The notes under the pieces: generated by a model
The model's database searches: none
What the model was told of the DNA's origin: nothing
What the model saw: only the letters and a program-made list of their open reading frames with translations
Made by a program: the position numbers and the translations under genes
Part shown: piece after piece, positions 1 through 9,659 of the stretch
How the letters are laid out: each line of letters opens with the position of its first letter
Numbering within the stretch: the stretch's first letter is position 1
Sequence record: MZ574431.2
Strand: one strand, 5' to 3'
Length of the DNA: 64,000 nt

Positions 1-29
1 GCCCGATCACCGATGACGAGGTCTAGTCT

Positions 30-353
30 GTGAACGAGGACGTTGCCGAGCAGCGCCTGAGCGAGTGGGGCGCTTACGATGCGCGGCGAGGGCGTAGCCC
101 CTCGCAGGATCATCCCGCGTATCGCGAGGCTTATGAGCGCGCCGCGCATCAAGCCTTCGCCAATCTCGACCCGTGCCCTTTCTGCCGTAAGCCGCTGCAC
201 ATCATCGGCACGGAAAGCCAGGACCTCACGGTCATTCAGTGCATGACCAAGACCTGTCCCGGTGACGTTCGGATCGCCCTGACTGACCCTGACAAGCACA
301 AGCGCTGGGTGCTTCTGGCCCACGGCTGGAACAACCAGGACACGGTGGCATGA
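30..353 (+). CDS. hypothetical protein with CxxC (PCPFC) Zn-ribbon, Lar-like
   Basis: ORF track; PCPFC...C..C pattern; ATGA coupling to next gene. Confidence 0.5.
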   Translation: MNEDVAEQRLSEWGAYDARRGRSPSQDHPAYREAYERAAHQAFANLDPCPFCRKPLHIIGTESQDLTVIQCMTKTCPGDVRIALTDPDKHKRWVLLAHGWNNQDTVA

Positions 354-649
354 TCGACGAGACCGACATCGTCTACCGCCTGCGCAAGCGGGCCGAAATC
401 CGCCGCCAGATACCGGGACGCAAGTCGGTCCAGGAGGGCAAGCCCGATCGCATGGCCGACCTCCTCGACGAGGCGGCCGACGAGATCATGCGCTTCCGGC
501 GTCTGGACTTTGAGGAACGGTGTCGCCAGTGGCTCGCCAATGGGGGCGCAGAAGAGTTGGCCAAGGCGCTGGCCCGCGCCAAGCAGACGAGCGACGAGTT
601 CGCCCGTTCGACCGCTGTGAGGCCCGAGACGCTGCACGAACGCTACTAG
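350..649 (+). CDS. hypothetical phage protein
   Basis: ORF track, GC3-rich codons, overlap with upstream stop. Confidence 0.7.
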   Translation: MIDETDIVYRLRKRAEIRRQIPGRKSVQEGKPDRMADLLDEAADEIMRFRRLDFEERCRQWLANGGAEELAKALARAKQTSDEFARSTAVRPETLHERY

Positions 650-661
650 GGGAGGCACGAC

Positions 662-991
662 ATGAGCACTGAGGACCTGGGTGGCCCGGCCGTCTACATC
701 GACCAGATGGACCCCAACAATCGCTGGTACGATCCCAAGCTGGCGAAGGACGTCTCGGCTGTGGACCTGGGGCGATGGCCTGTCGACCTGACGCAGTGGC
801 GGGAATGGAACCGCAACAGCGCCTTTGAGCCGGGGCGCTATGGCTATCAGCGCAAGGCGGCCGACGAGCGCAGCGAGACGGGGCGGCGCCGCGTCGATGA
901 AACGCTGTTCAACAAGGCCTGCTACTATGCCGCCATGGCCACCTATATCGTGGCGATCACCGCCGTCCTGATGCTGGTGTTCCGCGCGTAA
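662..991 (+). CDS. hypothetical protein with C-terminal TM helix
   Basis: GGAGG RBS; hydrophobic C-terminus. Confidence 0.65.
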   Translation: MSTEDLGGPAVYIDQMDPNNRWYDPKLAKDVSAVDLGRWPVDLTQWREWNRNSAFEPGRYGYQRKAADERSETGRRRVDETLFNKACYYAAMATYIVAITAVLMLVFRA

Positions 992-1028
992 GAAAGCTGT
1001 TGACAGGCCATGTAGGCTCCTCTATCAC
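990..1028 (+). promoter_or_regulatory. sigma70-type promoter with AAGAAAGCTG upstream element
   Basis: AAGAAAGCTGTTGACA (-35 at 1000) N17 TATCAC; same upstream element as the 42-64 kb promoters but no GCAT-N9-ATGC. Confidence 0.65.
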
Positions 1029-1060
1029 CGTGACAACGCAAGCGACACGAGGAGCCCGAG

Positions 1061-1756
1061 GTGAAGCAAGGACCGCAGGAACGAGACTATCACGAGGCGA
1101 TCGTCGAACTGAGCGACGTCAGTATCGTGGAAGGTCTGGAGACCCTGCTGGAGCGGCTGCGCGCCAAAGGCCAGTTCGAGGTCGCCGCCTGGGTCAACGC
1201 CGCTGCTTGGCGCATGCGCTGCCTGCGCACCACCGACCCCACGCCCGAGGACGACGACGACCAGCCTGATCTGGCGGCCCTGGAGCACATCAAGGGTCGC
1301 GGCGGCCTGCTGGATGACAGCGAGCCCCTGCCGATCCTGGACAGCTATGTCCACACCCGTCGCAAGACGATGCCCGACACCTTGCGCCCCTGGTACATCG
1401 TCATGGTCTACACGACCGACGGCCGCGTGATCGGCCCGATCGAGGCCAAGGATGTCGACTGGGCCGATAATGTCGGAGGCTACCGCCTGGGCTGGGCGCG
1501 CAAGGCCATCCAGTTCGACGCGGCCGATCAGGCCCACATCGCCGCCGCCGCCATTGGCCGTGTCGAGGTCGACGTCGACTACTATCTCGACCAGATGATC
1601 GACGCGCCGCTCTGGCTGTGGAAGGCCCACGCCCTCGACTACGGCATGGACCCCTGGCAGTTCTTCATGGACCTGCCGGTCGAGCCCGAGGACGTCAAGG
1701 AGCGCGGGCTGCGCATCTTCGTCCAAATCAAGAACATGCCGCACAAGGACAAGTAG
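1061..1756 (+). CDS. hypothetical protein
   Basis: GGAG RBS, GTG start, 231 aa. Confidence 0.7.
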   Translation: MKQGPQERDYHEAIVELSDVSIVEGLETLLERLRAKGQFEVAAWVNAAAWRMRCLRTTDPTPEDDDDQPDLAALEHIKGRGGLLDDSEPLPILDSYVHTRRKTMPDTLRPWYIVMVYTTDGRVIGPIEAKDVDWADNVGGYRLGWARKAIQFDAADQAHIAAAAIGRVEVDVDYYLDQMIDAPLWLWKAHALDYGMDPWQFFMDLPVEPEDVKERGLRIFVQIKNMPHKDK

Positions 1757-1757
1757 G

Positions 1758-2174
1758 ATGCAAGACACGCTCTCTGGTCTCGTCGGCGCCATCCTGGCCC
1801 TCACCCTCGCCGCCGGCGTCTGGTGGATGACCCGCCGCGCCACCGCCAAGGAAGAGGCCAAGTTCGCGCTGGACATCGACAGTGACGGACAGGTCAACGT
1901 CTATTCCCTGGCCATCTTCATCGGCAACGTGCGGGCCAAGTTCCTGGTCGATCCGATCCAGCCGGCCAATAGCTGGATCGTCACCGGCTATGAGCCGGAG
2001 TACAAGCGCCGCCTGACGGCTGTCGCCTCGACGCTGCGCGTGTCGGTCCCGACCGTGAACGCGTACATCCGCAGCGAGGACGGCGACCTGATGGCCGCCA
2101 CCTTGCTCCTGGTCGAAAGCCTCAAGGCCCAGGAAGAGATCGACCAGCAGATGGCGGAGACGGTTCATGCCTGA
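1758..2174 (+). CDS. hypothetical protein with N-terminal TM anchor
   Basis: LVGAILALTLAAGVWWM followed by basic residues. Confidence 0.7.
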   Translation: MQDTLSGLVGAILALTLAAGVWWMTRRATAKEEAKFALDIDSDGQVNVYSLAIFIGNVRAKFLVDPIQPANSWIVTGYEPEYKRRLTAVASTLRVSVPTVNAYIRSEDGDLMAATLLLVESLKAQEEIDQQMAETVHA

Positions 2175-2589
2175 GCAGATCGCCCTCTGGGCGCCTTGGG
2201 ATCGTCCCCGCTTCCACAAGAAGGACCTGGACGCGGCCGTCTATGTCGGCGCTGGCGGTGATGCCTGGAAGGGCCATCGCTTCGCCAAGGAGCCCAAGCT
2301 TGCTACGTGCAAGCCCTACGGCGGTGACTGCCTGGGCGATGGCTGCCGCGCCTGGATGCCGCTGCCCTCGCCGGCCAAGTGCCAGGAGGGCACCTGTGGC
2401 CTCTCGCGCCGGGAGCAGCCCATCCACCTGCGCGAGGCCAAGCGCCGCGTGTCCCAGAACATTCACGTCGGCAACGAAGCCGCCAGCCTGGGTTGGGCGC
2501 GCTCGGCGCAGATCGCCTATCAGCGGGCCTGGGCCTATGCCCTGCTCGTGGAGACCATGATCGAGGAACAGGAGAAGCAGGCCGCATGA
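2167..2589 (+). CDS. hypothetical Cys-rich protein
   Basis: ORF track, coupled overlaps. Confidence 0.6.
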   Translation: MPEQIALWAPWDRPRFHKKDLDAAVYVGAGGDAWKGHRFAKEPKLATCKPYGGDCLGDGCRAWMPLPSPAKCQEGTCGLSRREQPIHLREAKRRVSQNIHVGNEAASLGWARSAQIAYQRAWAYALLVETMIEEQEKQAA

Positions 2590-2792
2590 CGCCCGAACAG
2601 CAGATCGCCGAGGCCGGCAAGCGCTACCTCTACTTCAAGAACTGGAAGACCCAGGAGATCGCGCCCCACCCCATCGACGTCACCCATCGCTCCGATCGCG
2701 AGATCGAGCAGATCAAGGGCGGCATGGGCATCAACATCGGCATGGACTGGTTCATCGGTGACACCTTCTACGACCGCGAGGGCAGGTCGTGA
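2586..2792 (+). CDS. hypothetical protein
   Basis: start reassigned to the ATGA overlap (MTPEQQ...). Confidence 0.6.
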   Translation: MTPEQQIAEAGKRYLYFKNWKTQEIAPHPIDVTHRSDREIEQIKGGMGINIGMDWFIGDTFYDREGRS

Positions 2793-3103
2793 CGCGGCTG
2801 ACGCAGGCGCAGCGCCGCATCGTCTCCCAGGCCCTGGATCATCCGCTGAACCTCGCTGAGCCCCACCATTCGTGGAATGGGCTACGCCGCGCCAATTGGC
2901 ATACGACGATGAGCCGGCTCGTCGCCGAGGACGTGTTCAGGCCCTACGCCCACGGCGGCTACGAACTGACCGAAAAGGGCAAGGCTTTCGGTCGTCCGCC
3001 GATCATCCCGGTGGATCAGGCGCAGGTCGAGCGCACGGGTAAGGCCATTCAAAAATCCTTGGCCGAACCCTTCGTCATCCCGAGAAAGTCCTATCTGCGG
3101 TGA
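2789..3103 (+). CDS. hypothetical protein (possible wHTH)
   Basis: GTGA overlap; ...GYELTEKG C-terminal wing-like motif. Confidence 0.55.
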   Translation: MTRLTQAQRRIVSQALDHPLNLAEPHHSWNGLRRANWHTTMSRLVAEDVFRPYAHGGYELTEKGKAFGRPPIIPVDQAQVERTGKAIQKSLAEPFVIPRKSYLR

Positions 3104-3285
3104 CCACCGACCAACGCCGTCTTCTCAAATACCGGCGCAAGAAAGCGGTTGCCTTTCGCTCTGGCAACGCTAAGCTGAGCAAATACCTGACCCTCTACTG
3201 GCGCTACCACTGGAAGGTCTACGGTCCACCCATTCACCTCTGGGGCACGCCCGTGGCGGCGCCGCAGAAAGGAGCCAAGCGATGA
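3100..3285 (+). CDS. small basic hypothetical protein
   Basis: GTGA/ATGA coupling on both sides. Confidence 0.5.
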   Translation: MTTDQRRLLKYRRKKAVAFRSGNAKLSKYLTLYWRYHWKVYGPPIHLWGTPVAAPQKGAKR

Positions 3286-3536
3286 CACCGGCGATGGCCG
3301 CCCTGCTTAAGCGCCTGATCGAGGCTGATCGCGCGTACCATAGCCGGATCAAGTCCGGCGAGATGGCGACCTGGGCTGAGCGCGGCGTCGAGGTCGGCTG
3401 GATCAACGGCGTCAACCCGCGCACCGCCCAAGCCTTGGCTGACCTCGACCTGTGTGAACTGGTCGTGGTCAACGTCCAGGGCCACTGCCACGCCTTCCTG
3501 GGCAAGCACTGCCCTTATGACGAGTATCAAGTCTGA
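3282..3536 (+). CDS. hypothetical protein
   Basis: coupled ORF. Confidence 0.6.
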   Translation: MTPAMAALLKRLIEADRAYHSRIKSGEMATWAERGVEVGWINGVNPRTAQALADLDLCELVVVNVQGHCHAFLGKHCPYDEYQV

Positions 3537-3826
3537 TGCAGGAAACACCCCGCCAGAAGCACGTCCGCGAGACCCAGGAACTGGTCGCCCAGGTCATGGC
3601 TCTGCGCCAGCTATGCGAGGACCCGCAGGTCAGCATCGTGGACCTGCGCGACGACATCAAGTTCCTCTGCCACAAGGTCACCTTCGCCCTACTGAAGGCG
3701 CCACTGCCGGCCTTCACCCTGGAGGACAGCGGCGACATCTTCGGCATCCTCAACAAGATGCTCGACGACGAAAACAACGTCGCGCTCAATCGCTCGCCGA
3801 TCGTGCGCATGGCGCGCGGCTCCTGA
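3536..3826 (+). CDS. hypothetical protein
   Basis: TGATG coupling. Confidence 0.6.
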   Translation: MQETPRQKHVRETQELVAQVMALRQLCEDPQVSIVDLRDDIKFLCHKVTFALLKAPLPAFTLEDSGDIFGILNKMLDDENNVALNRSPIVRMARGS

Positions 3827-4218
3827 TGGCCGGCCCGCATCTCTATCGGCTGGCGATCGCCACGGCCCTGCACGAGAAGTTCGGCGAGGCTCCCGAGGAG
3901 GTCATGGACCTCATCATGGAGACGATCACGCCGATGCTGGCCAAGGACGACGAGGCCATCGCCGGCATGATCGAGCAGGCGAAGGAGTTGGCGCGAGGGC
4001 GCGAGCACCTGCATAGCTACGAGGCCAGGGCCTTCAAGGTCCTGCTCGATCTCTATCACGACAAGCCGGGTAGTCGGGAGGCGGTCGAAGCGTTCCTGGA
4101 ATACGAATACCCGGCCGACTGGCGCAAGGTCGCCCACACCCGCAACTGGAAGCAGCCCGAGTGCCTGACCGAAGGGGTCCTCGGTCGCTGGCGCCGACAC
4201 TGGCCCGTAGAGCCGTAA
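3826..4218 (+). CDS. hypothetical protein
   Basis: start reassigned to TGATG overlap (MAGPHL...). Confidence 0.65.
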   Translation: MAGPHLYRLAIATALHEKFGEAPEEVMDLIMETITPMLAKDDEAIAGMIEQAKELARGREHLHSYEARAFKVLLDLYHDKPGSREAVEAFLEYEYPADWRKVAHTRNWKQPECLTEGVLGRWRRHWPVEP

Positions 4219-4226
4219 GGATTTTC

Positions 4227-4511
4227 ATGAACGTCTTCAAGACCGGCAGCGCCTATGAGCGCAACACCCGCTACGCCCTGACGATCCTGTCGATCGTCGT
4301 CTTTGGCATCATCGTCGCCATGATGATGGCGACCTCGCGTCCTCGGATGCCGGCCGGGCCTGAGACCCCGCGCCTGCGCTCCTCCAGTGTCGACGGCGAT
4401 GGGCGCAAGCAACTGATCCAGGACCCGCGTTCGGGCTGTGTCTGGCTCTCGACCAGCGAGAACGTCTACAAGCTGCGCGGCGGCGTCGAGTGCGAGATTC
4501 GTCGCCCATGA
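4227..4511 (+). CDS. membrane-anchored hypothetical protein
   Basis: start MNVFK; TM segment ALTILSIVVFGIIVAMMMA. Confidence 0.6.
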   Translation: MNVFKTGSAYERNTRYALTILSIVVFGIIVAMMMATSRPRMPAGPETPRLRSSSVDGDGRKQLIQDPRSGCVWLSTSENVYKLRGGVECEIRRP

Positions 4512-5311
4512 GCAAGGTCCCTGTCTCCTGGCTGCTGCAAACGCACGCCTTCAACGCCCATGACATGGGTCGCATGCTGGTCCACGCCGCCCATCGTGGC
4601 TGGCAGGTCCATACCCTCCAGGTGCTCCCCTTCGTTCATCAGCCGATCGGCGAGGTTCCGCGCATCGACGGGCCGGTGGCGATCTATGGCCTGGGCGCGG
4701 CCAAGGCCTCGCGCTTCTATGGCTGGGGACCCGGCGTCTGGGACGACTATGACGCCTTCAGCTACAAGACCTTCCTCAAGGTGATCCCGGACCTGCTGCT
4801 CAACTATGACGCCCTGGTCGTGAAGCTCTCGGAGGTCGCCGACGTCGTCCACAATCTCGATGAGCCGTTCTTCCTCAAGCCGGCCGGCGAGAACAAGGAG
4901 TTCCCCGCCGGCCTGACGACCAGGGACAAGTTCAAGACCTGGATGGAGAAGCTCGCCGAGATCGACTATCTGATCGAGGACGGCGCCCGGAACGACATCG
5001 ACGTCATCGTCGCCATGCCTAAGGACATCGTCAAGGAATGGCGCGTGACCGTGGTCGACGGCCAGATCGTTTCCTCGACCCTCTACGTGCCCAAGGCGCA
5101 GCGGGACCTGCCCGAGGCGGTCGAGGACGTGGTGCGCGAGGCCATCGCGCGCTATGAGCCCGCGCCGGTCTATGTCATCGACGTGGCTCGCACGATCGAG
5201 GGCGATCACCTGATCGTCGAGTACAATAGCTGGAACTCCGCCGGCTTCTATGACGGTGACATCGAGGCCATGATGGACGCCATCACCGCCTATATCGAAA
5301 GGACTGCCTGA
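4508..5311 (+). CDS. ATP-grasp fold enzyme (DUF4343/R2K-like)
   Basis: FFLKP...K; EWR..VVDG; YVIDV...IVEYNSWNSAGFY motifs. Confidence 0.75.
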   Translation: MSKVPVSWLLQTHAFNAHDMGRMLVHAAHRGWQVHTLQVLPFVHQPIGEVPRIDGPVAIYGLGAAKASRFYGWGPGVWDDYDAFSYKTFLKVIPDLLLNYDALVVKLSEVADVVHNLDEPFFLKPAGENKEFPAGLTTRDKFKTWMEKLAEIDYLIEDGARNDIDVIVAMPKDIVKEWRVTVVDGQIVSSTLYVPKAQRDLPEAVEDVVREAIARYEPAPVYVIDVARTIEGDHLIVEYNSWNSAGFYDGDIEAMMDAITAYIERTA

Positions 5312-5928
5312 TGGCGCGCTACGCCTCGCGGCCCTGGCAGAAGGGCGACCCCGTGCCCGAGGCCGGCGACGTCGTTCTCATCTCGGGCGTCCATGGCGAC
5401 ATCACCAGCGACCAGGATCGCGGCTACCGCGAGCGCAAGGTGCTGACCGTCACCGATGACCAGGAGTTCATCGTCCTGCAAACTCCCGGCTGCTGGCCTA
5501 CCGTCGAGCGCCTGGAGAACTGCTGGTTCGCCGATCGGCGCTGGCCGGCGGTTGAGCGCCTGTGCGATCTTTTCGACGCGGCGCCCTGCGGATCGCCAGC
5601 GCTGGACGTCGAGGTCTGGGGCCTGTGCTGCGCCAAGCCGATGTCGCCAGCGCCGCACAAGGCCGGCGTCAAACCGCCCGCCTTCACCACCGACATCAAT
5701 GCCGCCTTCTGGCTCCTCTGCTACCTCTTCCCCGGCCATGACGCCGGCAGCGTCCGTAGCGAGATCACCCGCGAGGCGCTGGATGAGGCCGAGAACGCCT
5801 TCTACACCTCCAAGGAGGACGTCGAGCCATTCGCTGAGCCCTTCACCCGGCGCTTCGCCATGGAGATCGCCCACGCCTGCGTGCGCAGCCTGATCGAGCG
5901 CGCCGACTACCTGCGAGACCGCCCGTGA
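5311..5928 (+). CDS. hypothetical protein
   Basis: TGATG coupling, 205 aa. Confidence 0.65.
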   Translation: MARYASRPWQKGDPVPEAGDVVLISGVHGDITSDQDRGYRERKVLTVTDDQEFIVLQTPGCWPTVERLENCWFADRRWPAVERLCDLFDAAPCGSPALDVEVWGLCCAKPMSPAPHKAGVKPPAFTTDINAAFWLLCYLFPGHDAGSVRSEITREALDEAENAFYTSKEDVEPFAEPFTRRFAMEIAHACVRSLIERADYLRDRP

Positions 5929-6380
5929 CCGACCAAGAGCTTCTGGACCTGATCTTCGACCTGGAGAACGAGCTTGGTAACGATGGACGCCTCAACGCCC
6001 TCTTCACCGTCATGCTGTCGGGCTTTGGCCACCGCGCCACGTGGTGCGCGGACATCCGCGTCTCTTCGACCAATCCGGGCAAGATCGTCTCGACCTACCA
6101 TAACGAGGGCCGCAAGACGACCTACGGCACCTCCTGGCCGCCGGAATGGACCCGCCGCCCCGACTACACCATGGAGGCGTTCAAGGCCCTCTATCCGGGC
6201 GCGGTGATGACCGTCACCTTCGACCCGAGCGGTCACGATCCTGACTTCCCCTTGGGGGTCTACAGCGCCACGGCCCATGTCGGCGAGACCTACACCTCCT
6301 TGGCCAAGACCATGGGCAAGGCCATCTGCGCCGTGCTGGCCGAGACGTTGCGGGGGCACGGTCCGTGGACGAAGTCGTGA
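5925..6380 (+). CDS. hypothetical protein
   Basis: GTGA coupling. Confidence 0.65.
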   Translation: MTDQELLDLIFDLENELGNDGRLNALFTVMLSGFGHRATWCADIRVSSTNPGKIVSTYHNEGRKTTYGTSWPPEWTRRPDYTMEAFKALYPGAVMTVTFDPSGHDPDFPLGVYSATAHVGETYTSLAKTMGKAICAVLAETLRGHGPWTKS

Positions 6381-6757
6381 CCCAAGGCCCCTGGCGCTGC
6401 TTCCACTGCGACTTCCTGGCCACGACCACCCAGGAGGCAATCGACCACTTCGGCTACGACGAGTCTGAAAAGCCCGCCTGCCTCCAGGTGTTGACCGAAA
6501 CCGAGAAGGCCATCGTCGAGGACCGGCGGATGTGGCGCGGGCGCGCCTTGGAGCTTGAGGATCATCTGGAGCAGGCCCACCACGAACTGGCGATGGCCCG
6601 CTATGACATCCACCACCACTTCAAGGTCCACACCCTGTCGGAGGCTGGCCACGTCTACGACAACCTCAAGGGCGAGGTCCTGGCGCTCAAGGAGCGCGTC
6701 AACTGGGTCCCCAAATGGGTCCGCCGTATCTTCACGCCCAAGGGGTACTATCCGTGA
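6377..6757 (+). CDS. hypothetical protein with C2H2-like motif and coiled coil
   Basis: WRCFHC...HFG; GTGA overlap start. Confidence 0.6.
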   Translation: MTQGPWRCFHCDFLATTTQEAIDHFGYDESEKPACLQVLTETEKAIVEDRRMWRGRALELEDHLEQAHHELAMARYDIHHHFKVHTLSEAGHVYDNLKGEVLALKERVNWVPKWVRRIFTPKGYYP

Positions 6758-7428
6758 CCGAACTCGTCTTCGACAACCAGCACCCCACCGACGAGTTCTT
6801 CTTCGCTACCGCTGTCGATGAAGGGATCGGCAAGTGGCAGGTCAGCGACGACATGTTCTACGGCTACGAGGTTGGCTTCCAGCGTCTGCCCGAGGACAAG
6901 GAGAAGGCCGAGGCCGACTACGCGGCCTACTATGAGGCGCACGTCAAGGGCAACGACAAGCGCCCCAAGGCGGTGACCGCCCACTGGTTCGAGCTTGCCT
7001 CCTGGGTGCGCAGCCAGTCGTTCCTGCGCGCCAATGCCGACTTCACCTTCGAGTTGATCGACTTCCTGCGCAGCCTCGACCTGGAAGGCGACTGCGCCGA
7101 GACCCTCTCCACACGCATGAAGGCGCAAAAGCCGTCGATCTGGCCCGGCGCGCCGGAGGGCTGGGCGCAGTTCACCCAGGAGTTCAAGTACACCGCGCCC
7201 GGTAAGCGCCACCTGTCGGTGATCCTCAACGATGGCCTGATCCGGGTCTACTATACCGAGCCCTTCAAACATCAGCGCCAGATCATGCGCCTCCAGACCG
7301 AGTCCGACGCCTTCCGCACTCACTTCCATCCGCGCATGAACGTCAGGCTCGCGGCCTGCCGATTCATCGTCAAGATGATCATCCCGGCCATGGACAACGG
7401 TCACGTCTTCAGCAAACCCAAGCTCTAG
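6754..7428 (+). CDS. hypothetical protein
   Basis: start reassigned to GTGA overlap. Confidence 0.65.
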   Translation: MTELVFDNQHPTDEFFFATAVDEGIGKWQVSDDMFYGYEVGFQRLPEDKEKAEADYAAYYEAHVKGNDKRPKAVTAHWFELASWVRSQSFLRANADFTFELIDFLRSLDLEGDCAETLSTRMKAQKPSIWPGAPEGWAQFTQEFKYTAPGKRHLSVILNDGLIRVYYTEPFKHQRQIMRLQTESDAFRTHFHPRMNVRLAACRFIVKMIIPAMDNGHVFSKPKL

Positions 7429-7432
7429 CTTC

Positions 7433-7480
7433 ATGACGCGGTTGACGGCGCCGTGTCATCCTGCGATGAATGGCGTCAAC
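7433..7480 (+). promoter_or_regulatory. putative promoter with inverted repeats over the -35
   Basis: TTGACG at 7442; ATGACGCGG/CCGTGTCAT and GTTGAC/GTCAAC dyads. Confidence 0.4.
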
Positions 7481-7496
7481 TTCCACGAGGGACCCT

Positions 7497-8240
7497 ATGA
7501 GCGACACGTTCAAGAAGTATGACGGCGTCGTCGATCGCCTGAGCAAGAAGATCGGCTACTCCCAGTCCCGTGTGCCAGGGTTCATCATCGGCCTGTCGGG
7601 CACCGACTCGATCGTGGCGTTCGACGCCCTCTATAGCGCCATGCAGAACCACTGGCGCGAGGAACGCATGCTGGGCATCCACTATGTGGATCGCGTCGAC
7701 AAGTCCAACGGCAGCTTCGACACCATCGCCATTCCCTGGATGCGCGAGAAGTACCCCAAGGCCACGTTCCTGGTCGCCGAACCGCTTGGCGGCAACCATG
7801 ACCAGCAGCGCTGGGCTGACCTTCACTCCCGCGCCCTGCACACCTTCCATGCTGACGGCGGTCGTTCGCCGCTGCCGCCCGAGGAGACCTACTGGATCGC
7901 CGGCGCCATGAACGCCACCGAGGCGGCCCTGGGCAAGTACACCATCCTGGCCAACGCCGTCTCGATCCAGCCGATCCGCTCGCTGTGGAAGGCCGAGGTC
8001 CTGGAGATCAGCGAAAAGCTGGGCGTGCCAGCCAAGATCATCGCCAACTCCCGTATCCCCGACTGCCTCTGCGGCCGGGACGATCTGGCCGCCGAGAACA
8101 TCGAGTTGATCGACGACATCCTGCGCGCCCGGTACGATCCGACCCAGCACGACGTGGTCCTGCTCAAGAAGCTGCTGGAGTACGTGCGCATCAACCAGGA
8201 AGACAACGGCTTCCGCACCCGCATCCCGTACCGAGTCTGA
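7497..8240 (+). CDS. divergent NAD+ synthetase (NadE)-like N-type ATP pyrophosphatase
   Basis: IIGLSGTDS PP-loop-like; N.TE..LGKYT; QPIRSLWK.EV..I...LGVP..II. Confidence 0.65.
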   Translation: MSDTFKKYDGVVDRLSKKIGYSQSRVPGFIIGLSGTDSIVAFDALYSAMQNHWREERMLGIHYVDRVDKSNGSFDTIAIPWMREKYPKATFLVAEPLGGNHDQQRWADLHSRALHTFHADGGRSPLPPEETYWIAGAMNATEAALGKYTILANAVSIQPIRSLWKAEVLEISEKLGVPAKIIANSRIPDCLCGRDDLAAENIELIDDILRARYDPTQHDVVLLKKLLEYVRINQEDNGFRTRIPYRV

Positions 8241-8241
8241 C

Positions 8242-8574
8242 ATGAACGCCTTCGACTTCGAGGCCGCCGGCCTTTCCTACGAAGCCAAGTCCGCCAACAA
8301 GGTCTGGCAGGCGCCAGCCTTCGTTGGCGGAAAGACCTCCATGCGTCCGACGACCATCCAACTCAGCGGCAACAAGCTCGCCGCCCTGGACCGGCTGGTT
8401 GCCTGGGTGAAGGCCGACCAAGAGCGCTCGCGCAAGCAGTTCGCCGCCCGGCGCCAGCGTGCTTACGAAACCAGGGGCCATCGCGACATCGGCGATCGCG
8501 GTCCGCTACGCCGCGTGGCGCGCCTGAGCCGGCAGGCTCATCAACTGCGCCGCAGGTTCCTGACCGGTGCCTGA
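8242..8574 (+). CDS. hypothetical protein
   Basis: ORF track; C-terminal part uncertain. Confidence 0.45.
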   Translation: MNAFDFEAAGLSYEAKSANKVWQAPAFVGGKTSMRPTTIQLSGNKLAALDRLVAWVKADQERSRKQFAARRQRAYETRGHRDIGDRGPLRRVARLSRQAHQLRRRFLTGA

Positions 8575-8830
8575 CCATCGCTTCATCGTCCTGACGCCGC
8601 TTGTTAAAAAGGTCCGCGAGAAGTCAGACCTCAAGTCCGTGCGCAAGGCTGACTGGTTCCGCGTCTTCGAAGGCATCGAGCGCCTCAAGGACGCCGAGAC
8701 CATCGATTACGAGGCCGCCGGGCTTGCGATCAAGGCCCTGCTCTTGCACCTGCCGGTGTCGGACGTGGGCGGCAAACAACTCCGCGCCGACGCCTATCGT
8801 CGTCTCGTCTACCTGGAGAGTGTGCTTTGA
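8567..8830 (+). CDS. hypothetical protein
   Basis: ORF track, coupled. Confidence 0.5.
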   Translation: MPDHRFIVLTPLVKKVREKSDLKSVRKADWFRVFEGIERLKDAETIDYEAAGLAIKALLLHLPVSDVGGKQLRADAYRRLVYLESVL

Positions 8831-9258
8831 GCATCACCGCCATCATCAACAAGACCGCCATCCGCTCGGCGATCACCAGCATCGAGATCGTCGCCAAGCG
8901 CGCCACCAACGTCGACGACATCGTCGACAAGATCATGGCCGAGATCAGGGTCGCCGAGGAGGCCGCCGCCACCGCTGCTGACTTTGGCCTGCCCGTCCAG
9001 GTCATGGCGGCGTTCGCCGACGCCGGCCTGCCGATCACCGAGGTCGAGAAAAACACGACCTACGAGGGCCGCTGGGAGGTCAACGTCCGCGCCGGCAAGA
9101 GCGAGCCGCTGGTCTATCTGGCCCGGTCGGTCGACGGCCGCTGGTTCATCAACGAGCACGGCAGCATTGGCGCCACGGCGCTGCACTATCTGATCGAGCG
9201 ACTCAATGCCGTGTCGCCCGACATCGAACTTCCATCCAATCGGAGTAAGCGATTTTGA
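8827..9258 (+). CDS. hypothetical protein (paralog of 9255-9659)
   Basis: shared P..V..AF...G.P...VE motif. Confidence 0.6.
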   Translation: MSITAIINKTAIRSAITSIEIVAKRATNVDDIVDKIMAEIRVAEEAAATAADFGLPVQVMAAFADAGLPITEVEKNTTYEGRWEVNVRAGKSEPLVYLARSVDGRWFINEHGSIGATALHYLIERLNAVSPDIELPSNRSKRF

Positions 9259-9659
9259 GCGCCACCGATCATCTGGAACTCATGAAGGTCTCGACCCTTC
9301 TGGAGGAGTTCCGTCACTCCAAACCGCCAGTTTCGGCGAGAAGCTGCGCCGCCCAGGTCATCAAGCTCGTGCTTGAGGCTGAGCAAAAGGCCAAGCGCTG
9401 CGAGGAGTGGCGCATCCCGCCCAAGGTCTTGAAGGCCTTCGACGAGTTGGGCTGGCCCGTCTCCGACGTCGAGGTTCCTGAAGGTCATCCCTATCTGCGC
9501 CGGGTCGAGATCGACGACGGCGCCGGCAATCCCGTCGTGACGCTGGCGACCGACCCGATGCAGTTCGTCTGGATCGTCGTCCACGTCACCAAGATGTCGA
9601 CCCACCAGATCGGGCACATCATGAAAGCGTTCGAGAAGCTCTCCAGGGGCCAGGAATGA
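9255..9659 (+). CDS. hypothetical protein (paralog of 8827-9258)
   Basis: as above; TTGA overlap. Confidence 0.6.
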   Translation: MSATDHLELMKVSTLLEEFRHSKPPVSARSCAAQVIKLVLEAEQKAKRCEEWRIPPKVLKAFDELGWPVSDVEVPEGHPYLRRVEIDDGAGNPVVTLATDPMQFVWIVVHVTKMSTHQIGHIMKAFEKLSRGQE

